Part shown: piece by piece, positions 26,160 through 41,000 of the stretch
How positions within the stretch are numbered: position 1 is the first letter of the stretch
Layout of the letters: every line of letters starts with the position of its first letter
NCBI GenBank assembly: GCA_964016885.1
Contig: OZ024741.1
Span: 74,958,001 to 75,022,000 of the forward strand
Origin: Eledone cirrhosa
Taxonomy: Eukaryota
Direction of reading: 5' to 3'
Length of the DNA stretch: 64,000 nucleotides
Position numbers and translations under genes: made by a program
The notes under the pieces: generated by a model
Told to the model about the DNA's origin: nothing
Databases searched by the model: none
The model's input: the letters and a program-made list of their open reading frames with translations, nothing else

Positions 26160-27252
26160 ATTACAGATGGACTGCAATGATGGAGCAACCCTAAATACAA
26201 ATATGAATGCACACATTCCCAGGTGACCATGTGAATCTTCTTTATTTCAGATACAGAAAGCAAACACCCAACCCTGCAAATATCCACCCTCATCTTCCTT
26301 GTTTGCCTCTGATCGGAAATGCCTAAACTTCTGAATTGGCACCATCAATGTGAGCACAATGGAAGAAAGAACAGGTGAGATTGTAGAGATGCTAGAGCTG
26401 AAGAAAATTGATGAATGCTGTCTGCAAGAGACAAGATGGAGAGAAGAGTCAGCCAGACTCATTGAACGCAAAAAAAAAAAACAGTGCAACAAATTTTTCT
26501 GGGTGGAAAATAACAGGCTGGGAGAAGTAAGTATTTTATTAGCTGAAAATTAGGTAAATAAGGTAATCTCTGTAAATAGAGTGAACAAGAGAATCATTAA
26601 ACTTAGACTAGTCCTAAATAGAACGATAGTTACAATTATATCAGCATATGCACCCAAATCTGGGTTGTCAGTTGAACTAAAAGATAGGTTTTACGAATCT
26701 CTAATGCACACTAGTACTTTAACAAATGACAGTGACTTCCTAATCCTTGCAGGGCACTTTAATGGACATATTGGACAACACTGTGATAGCTTCTACAGAG
26801 TCCATGGGGGCCATGGGTTTGGCACAAAATATAAAGAAGGTTTTAGGCTTCTAAAATTGTGCGATGCCAATGATTTATCAATATGCTACACAAACTTTAA
26901 AAAACCCCAACAACCACCTGATCACCTATAAATCTGGAGAGCATGCTAGTCAGATAGATTTTATCCTTACCAGAGGACAAGATAGAGTGACGGTTGTATA
27001 CACAAAATCCCTCCCTGGTGAGGAATGCACTTCTCAACATAACCTAGATTTCATTGTCAGAGCTAGACAAATTTGGAGACAGTGGGCAACCTGGAGGAGA
27101 AGAATATGGAAATTGAAAGAGCCCCCTGCCAGTAACAAATTCACAGGTATATTTCTTGATGCTTATGGCAGTAAGGAAGAATAAATAGAGACATTCAATA
27201 TAGAAGAGCAGTGGGAGTTACTGAAAGATAATCGACCTAAGGCAATAGATGA
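26160..27252 (+). mobile_element. RTE-like LINE, APE endonuclease region, interrupted by the LTR element
   Basis: GTINVSTM, CCLQETRW, ISAYAP, GHFNGHIG, SQIDFIL; resumes at 30979. Confidence 0.85.
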
Positions 27253-27476
27253 TGTGGTTGGAAAAAGCTACCTCACTTACCGCTTTCGTACAATCCAACT
27301 CGTTAACCGGGAGCTGCAAAACTGACGTCCACCACGTTGGCTGATCACCCTAGAGAGAGGCCGACCTGCTGGCCCTTCCGGTCGAAACCCTTCCGGCAAA
27401 GCACCCTTCCGGTCAAGCACTCTTCCGGTCGAGCACTCCCCAGCCTCCGGCCACCGCACACCACACCATACCCATA
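27253..27476 (-). repeat. 3' LTR (~224 bp); only ~30903-30973 of the 5' LTR remains
   Basis: cttccggtcgagcactccccagcctccggccaccgcacaccacaccataccc is shared with 30903-30973; PPT-like aagggggcg lies just upstream on the minus strand. Confidence 0.85.
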
Positions 27477-30400
27477 CGCCCCCTTGATCTCAAGGATCAA
27501 TTTCCCCCTCGTCCTGCTGCATATGAAAGTCTGCTGTCCAGGTTGGTGGTTTGCGACTTCTTTGCGATCCCCGCAGTGTTGGGGCGGCACTTTGGGTTTC
27601 CTCTTCCTCGGAGTCCGTTGACACAGTAATTCTACGGACATCCAGGACATGACGTGGTACTCTGTCCACGGACACATTGTTCTGGGAATTTACGGCCGTC
27701 ATTGAGGTGTGCAACGTGCATCTGGGGGCTTAACCCAGACTTCTTCGCCCACCTGCACGAATGCATTCTCTCTCCCCACTGGCCGTTGTGGTGGCGTGCA
27801 CGGGTGACGCCACTCGTATCTGAATACTGCTCTGTGTGGCACCGATTCCTCAACCTGTCCCACCCAAGGAGACATGTTGTACCAGAACACTGCCTCCATT
27901 GGTGAGATGTGGCTCCGCTACGCCATTGCTTTGATCGTCCGGTGGTGTCGCTCGACGATTCCATTTCCGCTCGGCCTGTACGCTGCTCTGAAGAAACGGT
28001 CCACCTTCCATCCATCGAACATCTCCCTCAGCGCCTCCGAGCGGAACACTGCGCTGTTGTCCATCAGCAGTTCGCCCACAGGGCCCCGCTCCAATAACAC
28101 CTCTCTCAACGTCCGCATGATTTCCTCGGCCGTTCCAGTCTTCATCTCCCTCCATATCGCCATCCGTCCCGGTCCACAGTCCACCATTGAGAGGTATGTT
28201 CCCTGGCGGTAGTGTGTTACATCCACCGGCTTTCGCTTCCAGTCGCGATCCACCGAGAGGCTTCCCGTTTCGTGCACACCCGGGGCGGGATCAATGGACT
28301 GACATCGGACGCAGCCTCTAACCACTCTTTGAACACTGTGTCTGTTAACGTGCGAGTCGATTCTCCTGGCTAGGAACAGAGTCCTATCCACTCCCATGTG
28401 GTGCATGTCATGCAACCCTTTCAGATCCGACACGGTCAACTGAGACACGGCAGCTATCTCCACTTCTACCTCCTCCGGCTTTTCCATCCAGGCTTTCTTC
28501 ACTCTGGTTAAAACTTCCGCCCTATTTTTCTCTGAGGGCACGAAAACTACGCTCAGCCTCAGGTCGAACTCGGTGGCCAGCTCTCCTAAAGTTCCCAGGC
28601 GGCGCTTTATCAGCGTCACCGCCGCCCCTCTCGTTCGCACTCTCTTCTCACTGGTGAGCACTGATCTCACCCATCCGAGTACAGTAGCCGAGTCGGTGCG
28701 TATCTCAATCGTGCGCAGTCCCCACCTCAGGGCGAGGTTCACCTCTCTCAACACCGCGTCCAGTTCGGCTACATTGATGTGGTTGCAGTCGTCCTTCTTC
28801 CTATCTCCAACGTGACACCCAGCGCTATGCTGCTGGCATCGCACCATACGGTCCCGCTCTGCGATTTGGGAACATACCAGCGTCCCCGCACTGGGTCGTC
28901 GGCCTTCACCTTCTCCATGATCTCCTGCATTATGGCCACCGTCCTCTCTCCCACTCTGTCACTCCAAGTCACCCCTCCCGCTCGTCTCTTGACCTAGCTG
29001 CATGCCGCTCGGAGCCACTCAGCAATCGGGTAGTGACCCACCAACTTTCCACACGCCGAGAAAAGCTCCCGCCTACTCATACTTGGGTCCAGTTCTGGAA
29101 CTTCATTTCCCCTCTGGAATAATAACACGCCCGTCCTGTCTCGCCGTAGCCTAAGTCCCAGCGCGGCTCCTCCCTCCAACGCTTCTGACGGCTTCGCAGC
29201 CAGTCCATACCCCTGTAAATGGCTCGTGACCTCCGCCGCCGACACTACAGACTCGTCCACTAGGATGTCGTTAATGTAGGAATTAGTGGCCCTCTTCATC
29301 TTGTCGGCCTTTCCCAGAATGGTCTTGAGGACCGCCGCCATGATCTTCGGTGCAGAGCTCAGCCCGAAACCGTGCCTGGTCAGGCAATATTGCCGGCCCT
29401 TATACCTGACCAGCTGATACTGCCAGAGCTTCTCATCTATATGTAATTATAAGTATGCTGACTTTAGATCTAGGATTGCTGAACCCCTCGTCATGCGTCT
29501 CCACTCATGCAGAGTTTCCCCACAGACATCCGTCACCTCGCCCCCCGTGTGGCATGACACGTGCTCGTTCAGCTCCCGAAAGTCCAGTACCGGCCTCACC
29601 TTGTTCTTCGTGGGTTGCGCCACCGCCACTAACAGCAATACTCCGCACTTCACCTCCTCTTTCCAGGGAAGCAGTATTCCCTCCTCAATCCATCTCTCTA
29701 CCTCTCGCTCGAACTCGCTCCTAATGTCTCCCTTCAATGTGTGTTGATAGCAGCCCACTTTGGTCTTCAGTGTTGGTGGTTCTCTCTTCCAGTACCACTC
29801 AACAACCCATCGCTGCTATCGAACACGGCCTTGAAGTCTTTGTCCTGCACAGCGTAAGCGGGGTATTTCTCCTCGTGGGCCTTCTGGTTCTCCTGTCGCG
29901 TACTCACAGCGCATACCGATGAGGCGCCGCCGAAAGACACACCGACGTTGTTCACTGTGACGCCTCCTAGACGGCCAATTGCGTCCATGCCCATAACCAC
30001 CCCGATCCCATCCACCACGTTGTCGACTACGATGGCAGAAAGCCTTATTTTCTTTCCCCGTACCGCCATCTCCACCTCGCTGCGACCTCGACATTCAATT
30101 TTCCTACCGTCGACTGCCCTTACGCTGCTCTTCCCTCTCCACCTCTGCGCCACCCGCGCGGTCACCAGTGTCCTCGTACAGCCCGTGTCCACGAGGGCTC
30201 GCTGTGGATTTCCCCTCACGAATACTTTCACCACGGGCAGCACCTCTACTCGTAAGGAGCAAAAACCGGCGCATTAGTTCCCCTTGGATCGTTTCCCTGG
30301 TCGCAGCTAGTAGCGATGTCGTCCGGTCGCTTACACCGGTAGCATATTTTTTCCGGCCTCGACTCTCAACAGTCTCTCGCCATGTGCGGGCCCTGGCACC

Positions 30401-30973
30401 TAAAACAGCGACCTCTAAATATTCGCGGGCGATCACGTGCCGTGGTTGCCTCCCTTTCACCATTTCGCAGCCAGCTGCATTGGGCTTCTGTAATTGCTAT
30501 CGCCGCGACACTCTTCTTGGCATCTTCTGCTATGATGCGGGCTTTCCCCACCAGTGCACGCATCTCTATTTCTTTGTAACCCGGGACTTGCTGCAGTTTC
30601 ACCGCTATGTCGTCTGGAAATCCATTTATGAACGCCAACCGCACCGTGCGTTCTCATTCCACCTGATATCCAGCCAACATGGCCAATCGCCGTATCTCCG
30701 CTGCGAAAATGTCAACGCGTTCACTGTTTCATCTAATTCTTGCCAGCTTAGCAAAAGCGGCTAACGGTCCCTCCGCGAACGCTTCCATCATGCGCCTCTC
30801 AATCTTTTGCGCATCCCTTTGGCTGTGTTCATCCATCTCTAGGAAGAGTGCCAACGCGTCCCTCTCGAGGTACAGTGCCATGAGGCCAGCCACATCTTTT
30901 ATCTTCCGGTCAAGCAATCTTCCGGTCGAGCACTCCCCAGCCTCCGGCCACCGCACACCACACCATACCCACA
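27253..30973 (-). mobile_element. Compact Ty3/Gypsy-order LTR retrotransposon (gag-PR-RT-RH-IN), degenerate, 5-bp TSD GATGA
   Basis: gag knuckles CFRCQGPHMARDC and CYRC; PR ALVDTG; RT RPVLDFRELN, LDLKSAYL, YINDIL; RH WCDAS, HINVAELDA; IN HH..CVRC, DVTH, MDN, NGIVER. TG..CA ends; GATGA at 27248-27252 and 30974-30978. Confidence 0.9.
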
Positions 30974-30978
30974 GATGA

Positions 30979-31480
30979 GATCTGTGCCTGGAGCAGGGTT
31001 CCATAGAGAAGGAGAGTAACTTGATGGTGGAGCAGTAAGGTAGATGAGACAATTAAGGGCAGAGACAGGCATGGAAAAAATGGAAGATTGGGGGAAGCAA
31101 GTTACAGTACCTGGAAGCAGGAGGGAAACTAGACGATAAGTATATTTTGCAAGGTGGGAAGCAAAAGATAAAAAACTTAAGCACATTTTGCAGCGTGATG
31201 ACCAGAGGCATGAGGTGTTCAGGATTGTAAGGCAGCATTTTACAGAAAATATCCACATGCATTGTAAACCAAGAAATACTAAATATTATCATAGTAGCAT
31301 TATTATCAACTGCTACAATGGTAAAGGAGATGCACTAGATAGAGGAAACTATAGAGGCATCAAGTTGATGGGCCAGGACTTGAAAGTAAAAGAAAGAGTA
31401 AGAACACAGCTGATTAGGGACTAGGTTAATCTAGATGAGATGCAGTTCAGATTTGTGCCAAGTAAATGTACAATTCATGT
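30979..31480 (+). mobile_element. Continuation of the RTE-like LINE after the LTR insertion
   Basis: KGDALDRGNYRGIKLM..QLIRD..LDEMQF; homologous to ~22240-22980. Confidence 0.8.
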
Positions 31481-31714
31481 AAAGGGGTACAGCCAGAAAA
31501 GTTAGTACTAACAATGACTATAGTGAAGAATTTAGCATGTAGGTCCACAACACACAAAAACAAGATGGTGTTGGACAAAACAAACGAGAGACACAAAGAA
31601 TCGCTGCTTTCACCCTTAACGGGATCTTCTGAAACTAAAAAAATCAATCTGTGAACGCAGAAGTAAATATTTAAAAAAACGTTGCAACCGAAGGAAGACA
31701 GGAAGACGATACTT

Positions 31715-31957
31715 TGGTTCGTGGAAACGTTCCCTGGCAAAGAACGGATAAAGTCAAAGATAATACGTCATAATTTGGAGCGGTGAAAACAATTAGACGC
31801 AAAGATAAAACCACGTTTATGGTATAAATGAAGTCGTAGACTAATATTCTATTAGGTGGTTCGTGGAGACGTTCTCTGGCAATGAACGGAAAAAACGAAG
31901 ATAATACGTCATTATGTGGAGCGGTGAGAACAATTACACGCAAAGACAAAACCACGT
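31715..31957 (+). repeat. Diverged ~100-bp direct duplication
   Basis: tggttcgtgga.acgtt...aaagataaaaccacgt at ~31715-31817 and ~31857-31957. Confidence 0.8.
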
Positions 31958-31969
31958 ATTATATATATA

Positions 31970-32210
31970 TATCTATCTATCTAAGGCGGGTAAAATTCCC
32001 GAGATCCATGGACGAGTTCTCTCCAGCGGTCTCTGTCCCTCATTATCGCTGCCATGTCCTGCGTCTCCAACAGACCAGTGTCTGTCCTTAGGGCATCAAC
32101 ATACGTTAACCTTGGTCTTCCACTTCTAGTGTGTCCATGTAGGGGCTCCCACAGGAGCACTGAGTGCAATGTCAACTCTGGATGTCGGTGAGCATGTCCA
32201 GCTAACCATA
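31970..32210 (-). mobile_element. RTE-type LINE 3' end (distinct family)
   Basis: LAGHAHRHPE..VLLWEP..GRPRLTYVD..DRDRWR; short (ATAG)n tail. Confidence 0.8.
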
Positions 32211-33046
32211 AAATATATATTCCAAAGTGTAATCATACTCTCTTGAAAAAATATTTGGCCACACACACATATTTCTTCTTTAATGCCATATCATATCCAC
32301 ACTGCCTTATATACACAAATATATATGTGTGTGTATTTATATACATATTTATTTATATAGCAAAGCTGTACGTACAAAAAAAAACAACAAAAAAAAACAA
32401 CAGTTGGGATGAACGAACAAAAGCATCCATCTTCCACTTTTGTCATTCCCTGAGCAATGCAATTTCATGAGAGAGGGCTCCAAACTTGAGTCAATAACAA
32501 ACAACTTTAGTGATGGTTCTGCAATAATTTTCTCTAAAAGGTTGTGAGGACTCTACAGTCACTTCACAGATGTAAGCTCTCTAGTTTCGGTCTTATGATA
32601 GAATGCACCCAGTACCCCTTGTAAGGTATTTCTTGATAGGTAGGGCATCCAGCCATAGAAAACATGTCAAAGAAGGGTTGAGAGAACCTTTTAGTTGTGT
32701 CAACTCTACTGCAACCTCTCTAGTGCTGTTGACATAGAAAATGCACACAGTATCTATCTATCTATATACTACTAACACTATGTGATTGTGTGCTAGTCTG
32801 TAATTTAATACAGTCAAAACGGCGCATAATGGGAAATTACTTTGAAAGGAAGTTGCCCCTGACATGTGAATACAAATGGAATAAAACTAGTTTCGCGTAA
32901 ATCGGAGCACGGTTTCCTGAGATACGTGTTTTTTTTTCCAGGTACCTTCATAAATAGAGAGAGAAAGAGATAGAGGTGGTGGTGTTGTTGTATGTGTGTA
33001 TATGTGTGTCTCAGTGACCAGTGTATGTAGGTCACATGCACCCCCT

Positions 33047-33083
<37 letters not shown>

Positions 33084-33086
33084 CAG

Positions 33087-33127
<41 letters not shown>

Positions 33128-33850
33128 GACACACGCACATATATATATATATAGGTATACACACACACACATATATGTATGGGCCTTCCAAATTAATTTT
33201 CATTTTATACATGTCTATGTATATTTTAATTATTTAAAAATTATTTTTAAGTGAATATGATTTAAAAAAATATTTTGAACGTTACGAAATGGGTCACGAG
33301 TGGTCTAGTACCCGATAAAGTGGTTGGTGTTATGAAGGACTTTCAGCCATAGAAAACTTGCCAAGCAAAGTGTTGTGAGTACTCTTCAATTGCGTCAGAC
33401 ATAACAACCTTCCAACTGTTGGTGCCTTGTTTAAATGCACCCATTACACTCTTTAAAGTCTGAGAATATATGCAAGAAAGATGCAGGCCCCCAGTCAGTT
33501 TGAGAGGTCAATAGTTCTGAAAACTAACCCTGTCTGTGATGACTCTTGCTAGCAAGGAAAACTGGTGTTAAATGATGATGGTAATAATACACTATATATG
33601 CATTATAGACACACACCAATGTAAAAGAGTTACATATGCACTATATTTACACACACTATGTGAGGAATTTATATATACACTATTTGACAGCGTTTGCAAA
33701 AACATATAGCAATTCTAAAGGTTTCCATAGCATACATTGAAGTGTTTTTTTTACTATTTACAATCATAAATTTCTTTTCTTTTTTCTTCTTGACAATTTT
33801 ACGTGACATGTACTGCGCTTAACAGCTTTCCTTTTCACATAACTACGGAT

Positions 33851-33966
<116 letters not shown>

Positions 33967-34553
33967 CAGCAGCATATACATACACACAAATATGAACATT
34001 AAGTGATATGTGCTCACATCTGATGATGCATACATACATGTATATATATATATATATATACACTCACACATATAATATATACAGATACACACATATATAT
34101 ATATACATGCGTACGAACATATGTATGAATGTGTATATATATATATATACACACATACACACACACACATAAATTAATAAAACGCAAACGTTTGCCTCTG
34201 TTAACCGAAGCAACGAAATCTAATGCAACATTTTTGGCATGTGCACTTAGTATATTTACAACGTCAAATTCAATAATAGAATTGGCTGAAAAATCCCCGT
34301 AAACTACACATTTTTACAGTAACTCAATTGTCAGCTTAACGAGTGAGGCGCTATAAAATATCCAAACATAAACCTTAACCTTTCTTTCACATCGTATTCT
34401 TCTTAGAGTAGATATGTTAAGAGTTTAAGCATATCATGAAATTAACACACAATCTCTCTCTGTACACACATATACTCTTTTCCATATTCCGTTCGATAAA
34501 CTTCAGCAATGCTGGGTCACCACCATTATAACACTGTCTCGCATGCACACACA

Positions 34554-34630
<77 letters not shown>

Positions 34631-34634
<4 letters not shown>

Positions 34635-35275
34635 ACAGGGAGAAAAAGACGATTATTAGGAAGAAAAATATTTTTTTTCTCCCTTTTTATTTCTTTCTCT
34701 CTTTTTTCTGGATTAGAAAATGATTAAAACGAAATATTTTACTTTGTGTGAAGTGTTAAGGTATTAGTTGATTTATTTATTAATTAACAATGGGATTTAT
34801 TTATTTATATATTTAATAATTGTCTATTACCGGTTTCAGCATTTTTATGCATTATCAAATGATAGTAATATGTATTGGTGTAGAATGGTGGTGGTGGACA
34901 TGTTAAAGAAATGGTGCAGAGAGAATAATGTTATTTACAAACAAGGTTTATGAAGTGAAAAGAAAAAAAAAGGGGGGGGGAGGGTAATGTGGAGCATAAA
35001 AAGTCAATGTGAAAGAAAAAATGATGTTATTTACAGGCATAGTGCTTGAAGATAAGCAGATCAAAATGTGTTAATATAGCAAGAGTGCTTAGTTGATCCA
35101 TGATGGAAGCAAATGGTGAACTGGGGTTTGATATGATTTCCCTTTTTAGAGAGTTAATATGCAGTGGGGGGTAATTCATGCTGGATGATATTTAATTTAT
35201 TTAAGAAAAAGGATTAGGTAGGGTGTAAGGGAGGTGACTCTTTAGAGAGACATAGGTATTTGTAAATGTTTGATT
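34631..35275 (-). mobile_element. Unclassified interspersed repeat (family U1), copy 2
   Basis: Matches 16675-17215 and extends further; flanked by (TG)n and (TA)n. Confidence 0.7.
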
Positions 35276-35653
35276 ATATATATATATATATATAAATATA
35301 TATATAATATATATAAATAAATACAATATCGGAGAAAGCTTTTTAGCGATACTCCGGCCAAATTCCAACTCACTCAACAACCATTAGGAAATAAGTGATT
35401 ATATTCCCAATTATGCGTTCGGGGTGCTAACTAAAAGTATTGCGTGGAAAATTGGGTGTATTATTTCATATGAGACATATCGAATATATCTCTTCCCAGA
35501 CGGACGTCTCGTTTCATTATAGGATTCCTACAATTTGGGTTAAATTATACCAATTTATGTAGGATCTTGTATACCATCAATAGATATATATTCAAGTGGG
35601 CTCCTATAATTCATCAGTGGGTGCCCCTACGGATGTGAGTTACATGGGATTTC

Positions 35654-35750
<97 letters not shown>

Positions 35751-35752
35751 TA

Positions 35753-37027
35753 TAGTGGATGGAGCGTAACTTTGGAAGCAAGTAAAAATGCTTTTAATAA
35801 CAAAACTACTAACTTTATAGCAACATATATGTATTTATACAAAAATATCTTTAGAATATAACGAATAGAGCTTATTCAAAATGACCCCCTCGTGCAACAA
35901 TAACAGCCTCTAAACTCCGTCGAAAATCTTTCACCGAAGCACGCAAAATTTCTTGTTGAATTTCTTTCCAAGCGCTCAGTAAAGATACCTTTAAATCATT
36001 GACTGTCTGATGGACTTTTGAACAGGCTTTTTCTTCAAGGATAAACCATACTGAAAAGTCCATAGGTTACAAATCAGGTGAACAAGGAGGCCACATTCCC
36101 TTTGACCAGAACCTCAGAAGATGGTCTCTGCACCAAGCTTGTGTGACATTTGTTGTATGGGAGGTGGCTCCATCCTGTTGGAAAGTCCACAGATAATCAT
36201 TGCTTAAATGATTAGTTGTAGAAGCAAGCATAAACTCCTGAATACTATTTATGTAAGATTGGGAGCTAACTTTTGTCCTTTCTTCCACAAAAATGAGAGT
36301 GGACTTCCAAGATGATGAAACAACCCCCCAGACCATAACAGAAGCTGGTTTCATTCTATGGAATACTGATGTTTTGGTCAACATTTATTACTGATGCTTT
36401 TTTTCCAATGATTCGAACACTTCTTTGGTTGTGTGTCTGCTCAACAGTGAAAATCTTTTCATCTGACCAGACAATTTATCCCGCCATACCACATTTCATT
36501 TCATTAAGCAAATTCTTGTTTCTCTCTAGCCTTTTTTGTTTTGTCTTTTCAGAAAGAGTTTATCTTTTCTGAAGGGTGAAGGAAGACATTCCAATGTCTT
36601 CATTGATGATCCTTCTCATTGCCCCAGGGCTTACTCGAACATCTTTTGCCATTTTTCTCTTGAATCTTTTCGAATTTTTTCTTATCCTTTCTCAAACGGC
36701 TTTATGAGAGTAGGAGTCCGTTTAGTTTGCGGTCTTCCACTTCTGTGTCTATCTGACAAATCTTCACAGCTTCCCAAACCATAGATCATGCAACCGAAAG
36801 TAACTTGGCAATATCCAAATCTGACCTCCTTGTGCGATGATGTTTAAGTATCCTTTCTCTATTGGATGACACATTCAAATTCTTTAAGAAATTCAAACAA
36901 AGTCCAATATGTTTACATAGATTAATGGGAAATAAACAGGAAATAAAAGAAGATTAATGATCTACTTAAAACGCTTTTAGAAATCAAATTTCAACAATTT
37001 ACTTCCGAACTTATACACCACCCTTTA
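35753..37027 (-). mobile_element. Tc1/mariner-superfamily DD37D (maT-type) transposon relic
   Basis: WSDEKIF, VMVWG, FQQDGA..WPPCSPDL*PMD with 37 residues between the 2nd and 3rd Asp; degenerate TIRs flanked by TA. Confidence 0.88.
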
Positions 37028-37689
37028 TACATATTTGCGTCTCCACTTGATTCCGGACTGAATGGATGTTTACCTATTTTACGTCCGCCCCAAAATACAG
37101 AGTCTCTCACATTCAATCTTAACAGGCTCACACAAAACTGGGCCCTGGAAAAGTGCTCGCAAAATCTCATGTGGCGTCACTGTCTCCTCACTTCCGGCAA
37201 GACCTCCCCCGAACTTGTGGCATCCTAGCCGGCAAAATTTGTTGAAGTTTGAAGAAAGCTATATTATACAATAGGGTCTCTAACACACGTTTCAGTGCAA
37301 TAACTCCACCAGCCATATTGAGAACATTTATCTGGTAAACTGCCCTTTGCGTTTTTTTGTATCGCATATTCACTTTACTGAAACGCGAATTAACCAACAT
37401 AAAATGGATATTTCTACTTCTCATATTTTGCTTCCGGAAGTTTGAGGTAAACCAACAGCTTATCAATACACAATGGTAAAACACTGTGCACAGTTGTATA
37501 AATAACACTACACATGCGTAAATAACATTATACATTGCGTGCAATTCATTCAGAAGAACATTACAAATATAATGTCGTTGATAGACACAAATATAAACGC
37601 ATAAAAGAGAGAAAAAAGAAGAAAAGACGCGGAGCAAAAACAAAAACGTCAATCAATACACCACCAAGTGCGACAATCGGCTGCACATC

Positions 37690-38050
37690 AGATAATAAGA
37701 GTTAACTAAACACTTTGAGGCAAGCCAATAGGCTCGCATCATTACCACAGGTTATGGCGTGGCTAAGTCGCTGAAACAACCAGGCACCCTCACGGGCATC
37801 ACCTGACACCTCAGTAAGGCGAGCCGCCAGTGACGACAAGAACTTTGCTGTCCGCGGCCCAACCTCACCAAACGTCTCGAATGCTATAGGCTGGGAAAAA
37901 TAATTAGTAGATAAATCCAGGTATTTCCGAATTTTATTCCGTTCGGCTACGGAATCGATGACCCCTACATTTACCGCGGCGTCCTTGATGTGGGAGGGAG
38001 CAAAAAAGTAACTGACTGTGGTCTCCCAGATGGGACACCTACCTCTAGCA
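37690..38050 (-). mobile_element. CRE-like non-LTR retrotransposon 3' fragment (RLE domain)
   Basis: IWETT..AERNKIRKY..QPIAFETFGEVG..GDAREGAWLFQRLSHAITCGN. Confidence 0.75.
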
Positions 38051-41000
38051 TATCTGTGAAAAATATCCCACTTCCTCGTAAGAATGACTACTTCAAAGAT
38101 TTAATAAAAACAAAATTAAAAAAATGACTTTCATTCTCCGTGTCAAATGGAAGGCATTTCACTTTGAAAGCAAGAGAACTAATCTAAATGACAACTGGAA
38201 CTCTAACGAGCATAACAATTTCGGATTTAAATCATACAAAAGCCCACCACATAATGAGAACCTGGAGACTTCGAACAAGACCTAATGGATCTGGTCAGTA
38301 ATATTAAGTATGACGAGTGTGGATACCACAACAAATTCCAAAGAAATCTTCGCTCAATTATGGACAAACTGAGGAAAACGGACGGTGTACTCATCTGAGC
38401 CGACAAAACTAGACATCAACACTTATAAAAAATTTATGTTTAAGGAAAACGGATAAGTCAACCATTTACGATATCAGCAAAGAAAGATTAGCAATAGTGA
38501 ATAGATTATGTATAGCTGACTGTATCGAACCATTTGAACCTAGACAGCCGACTTTACTCATAAAAGTAACTTAGAATCTAACTCTTCTATTAGATGTGTC
38601 TGCCCCTCTAAATCAGACATTGGTGATATCAGTAAAAAATATATTAGATAGAATATTAAATCAGATGAGGAATACACTATCGATTAGACTTTGGAACAAC
38701 ACCAACGAGGTAATTAACTGGTTCATTAGAATAGATGACAAACCAACATAAAAATTGATACAGTTCGGCATAGACGACTACTATTCTTCTATCTCACCAG
38801 TTCTACCCAACAAGGCCCTTACGTTCGCAATGCGTAACTCCGACTTAAATAGGGACGAAGTTAATATGATATTAACTGCAATTTACGTTATGCATATCCT
38901 CCATCTAGAGTTTGTTGACCTTCGGGGTGGAACCTATAGATACGATGCTCTTCTATTAGTTAGGAACTTCAATGGTCAACAATTAGAATGAAGAAGGAAG
39001 CTATCAGATCCTTCTTTAAACGCGTGGGTCTAAAGTTTTCTTTTGAACACAACTTAATCCTTCCATAAGAATAATGAAAATCTTACATTAGAGTACCTGC
39101 TAATGCAAATACTCTAATCACCTACGGTCTATCATCAACTCCATTGTTATTAGTATCTCCCTTAGGATCTCCAGGTTATCTGCCTCTGAAATTACATTTA
39201 ATGCACCGCTCTGGAAGGCTAGATACAATGACGGATTTGCAGAGTGGTTATTACTCAGTTTGGAAGTCCTTTAAATTCAGGACGAAAACTTCACGCACAC
39301 ATCAACGCAAGCATACACAAAGAGCAGACCTCGTGAGCAACTGTTTGTAACTCCTAACCGACGAGGCCACTAATAATATTCAAGTAGGTTCTCTAGGTAA
39401 GATAATACCTAAGGGTTCCCGTTCTAGATCCTACCTATGGTATAATCTCCCACTCAACAATCAGATTAGTCGATAAGAATTTCCCTCCCTCATATAGATA
39501 TTATAAGATCCTAAATAGTAAAACAATCCAGCTTTCCTACTCTACTACAGCAAACCTAGTAAACTTATTATTCAGTCCTGTTTATAACAGGACTAAATAA
39601 TAAATGTCTCCGTGACTGTAGTATAAACAACCCACTTGCCCCTGGACGAGTAAATAACATCTCCATTAACGGAATTAACCAGTTCTCTTCTCAACCTATA
39701 ACACAAAGCGAAGGCACTCATGCAAAATGCTAACTCGAATAGCAAACAATTAAATATTTGTCAACCAACTCACATCTCTACTACTACCTCAAACACCAGG
39801 ATGAACACAGACCCCCAATGAACATACTATTGCTGTAGACAACCCAATAAGTGCTCCTTAATGATTAAGTGTATGTTTAAGAACGTCGTGTACCAGTGTG
39901 AGATTAAATCGAATTTGGGGACGTATAAATACACAGGGGTCACATCTCATTAAAAAAAGACCATATGCATACCCACTCGTTTAAAAAAATCCAGTTTTAC
40001 TGAAGTCTACAGCAAGGAAAATCTGAGATTTGAAACGGAATAATTGGATTGGCAATATCGATAGAGAGTCAGACACAATGCTTTGAAGCATAGAGTTACG
40101 TCCCTTTATGATCTGAGTTCAAATCCCGCCGAGGTTAACTTTGCCTTTCATCCTTACGGGGTCGATAAAATAAAGTACCAGTAATGTACTGGGTAATTGC
40201 TGGCCTTGTGCCAAAAGTAGAAACAATTATCATTTTTAAGAGGCGGTGAATTGGCAGTATTGGTAGAGGGTCAGACATGCTTTCCAGCGTAGTTACGTCC
40301 CTTTACGATCTGAGTTCAAATCCCGCCGAGGTTAACTTTGCCTTTCATCCTTACGGGGTCGATAAAATAAAGTACCAGTAATACACTGGGTATTTGCTGG
40401 CCTTGTGCCAAAAGTAGAAACAATTATCATTTTTAAGATTTGCCCGTTCGTATCACCCAGAAAGACAAAAATTACGAACTTTGTGCTGCTGAAGTATTGG
40501 AAATAATTGTTTCTACTTTTTGGCACAAGGCCAGCAATTATCCCCGTGCATTACTGGTACTTTATTTTATCGACCCCGTAAGGATGAAAGGCAAAGTTGA
40601 CCTCAGCAGGATTTGAACTCAGATCATAAAGGGGCGTAACTCTATGCTGCAAAACATGGTGTCCGACGCTCTACCGATACTGCCAATCCACAGCCCTAGT
40701 ATTGGAAATAATGTCTGGTAAAAGATCTGTTAAAACTCAAGGCAGTGCAGGACTTTTAACTGCTAACATAGAATCCTAAGAACTTTCTCAAAATACCATC
40801 CTTACTAACATAGGATTCAATCCTGCATCTCTGCGTCTATTTTCACGCTAATTCCAGCATCCTTACACATCCACATTGTTTCTCCGTTATTTCTCTTTTA
40901 TCACTACAATATATATCCCATTATTTCTTCTTTCAACCTGTTAGCACTCTTTAACACTTATAACATGGCACTAGTAGCCGGCCGAAATTATTAACTTGAG

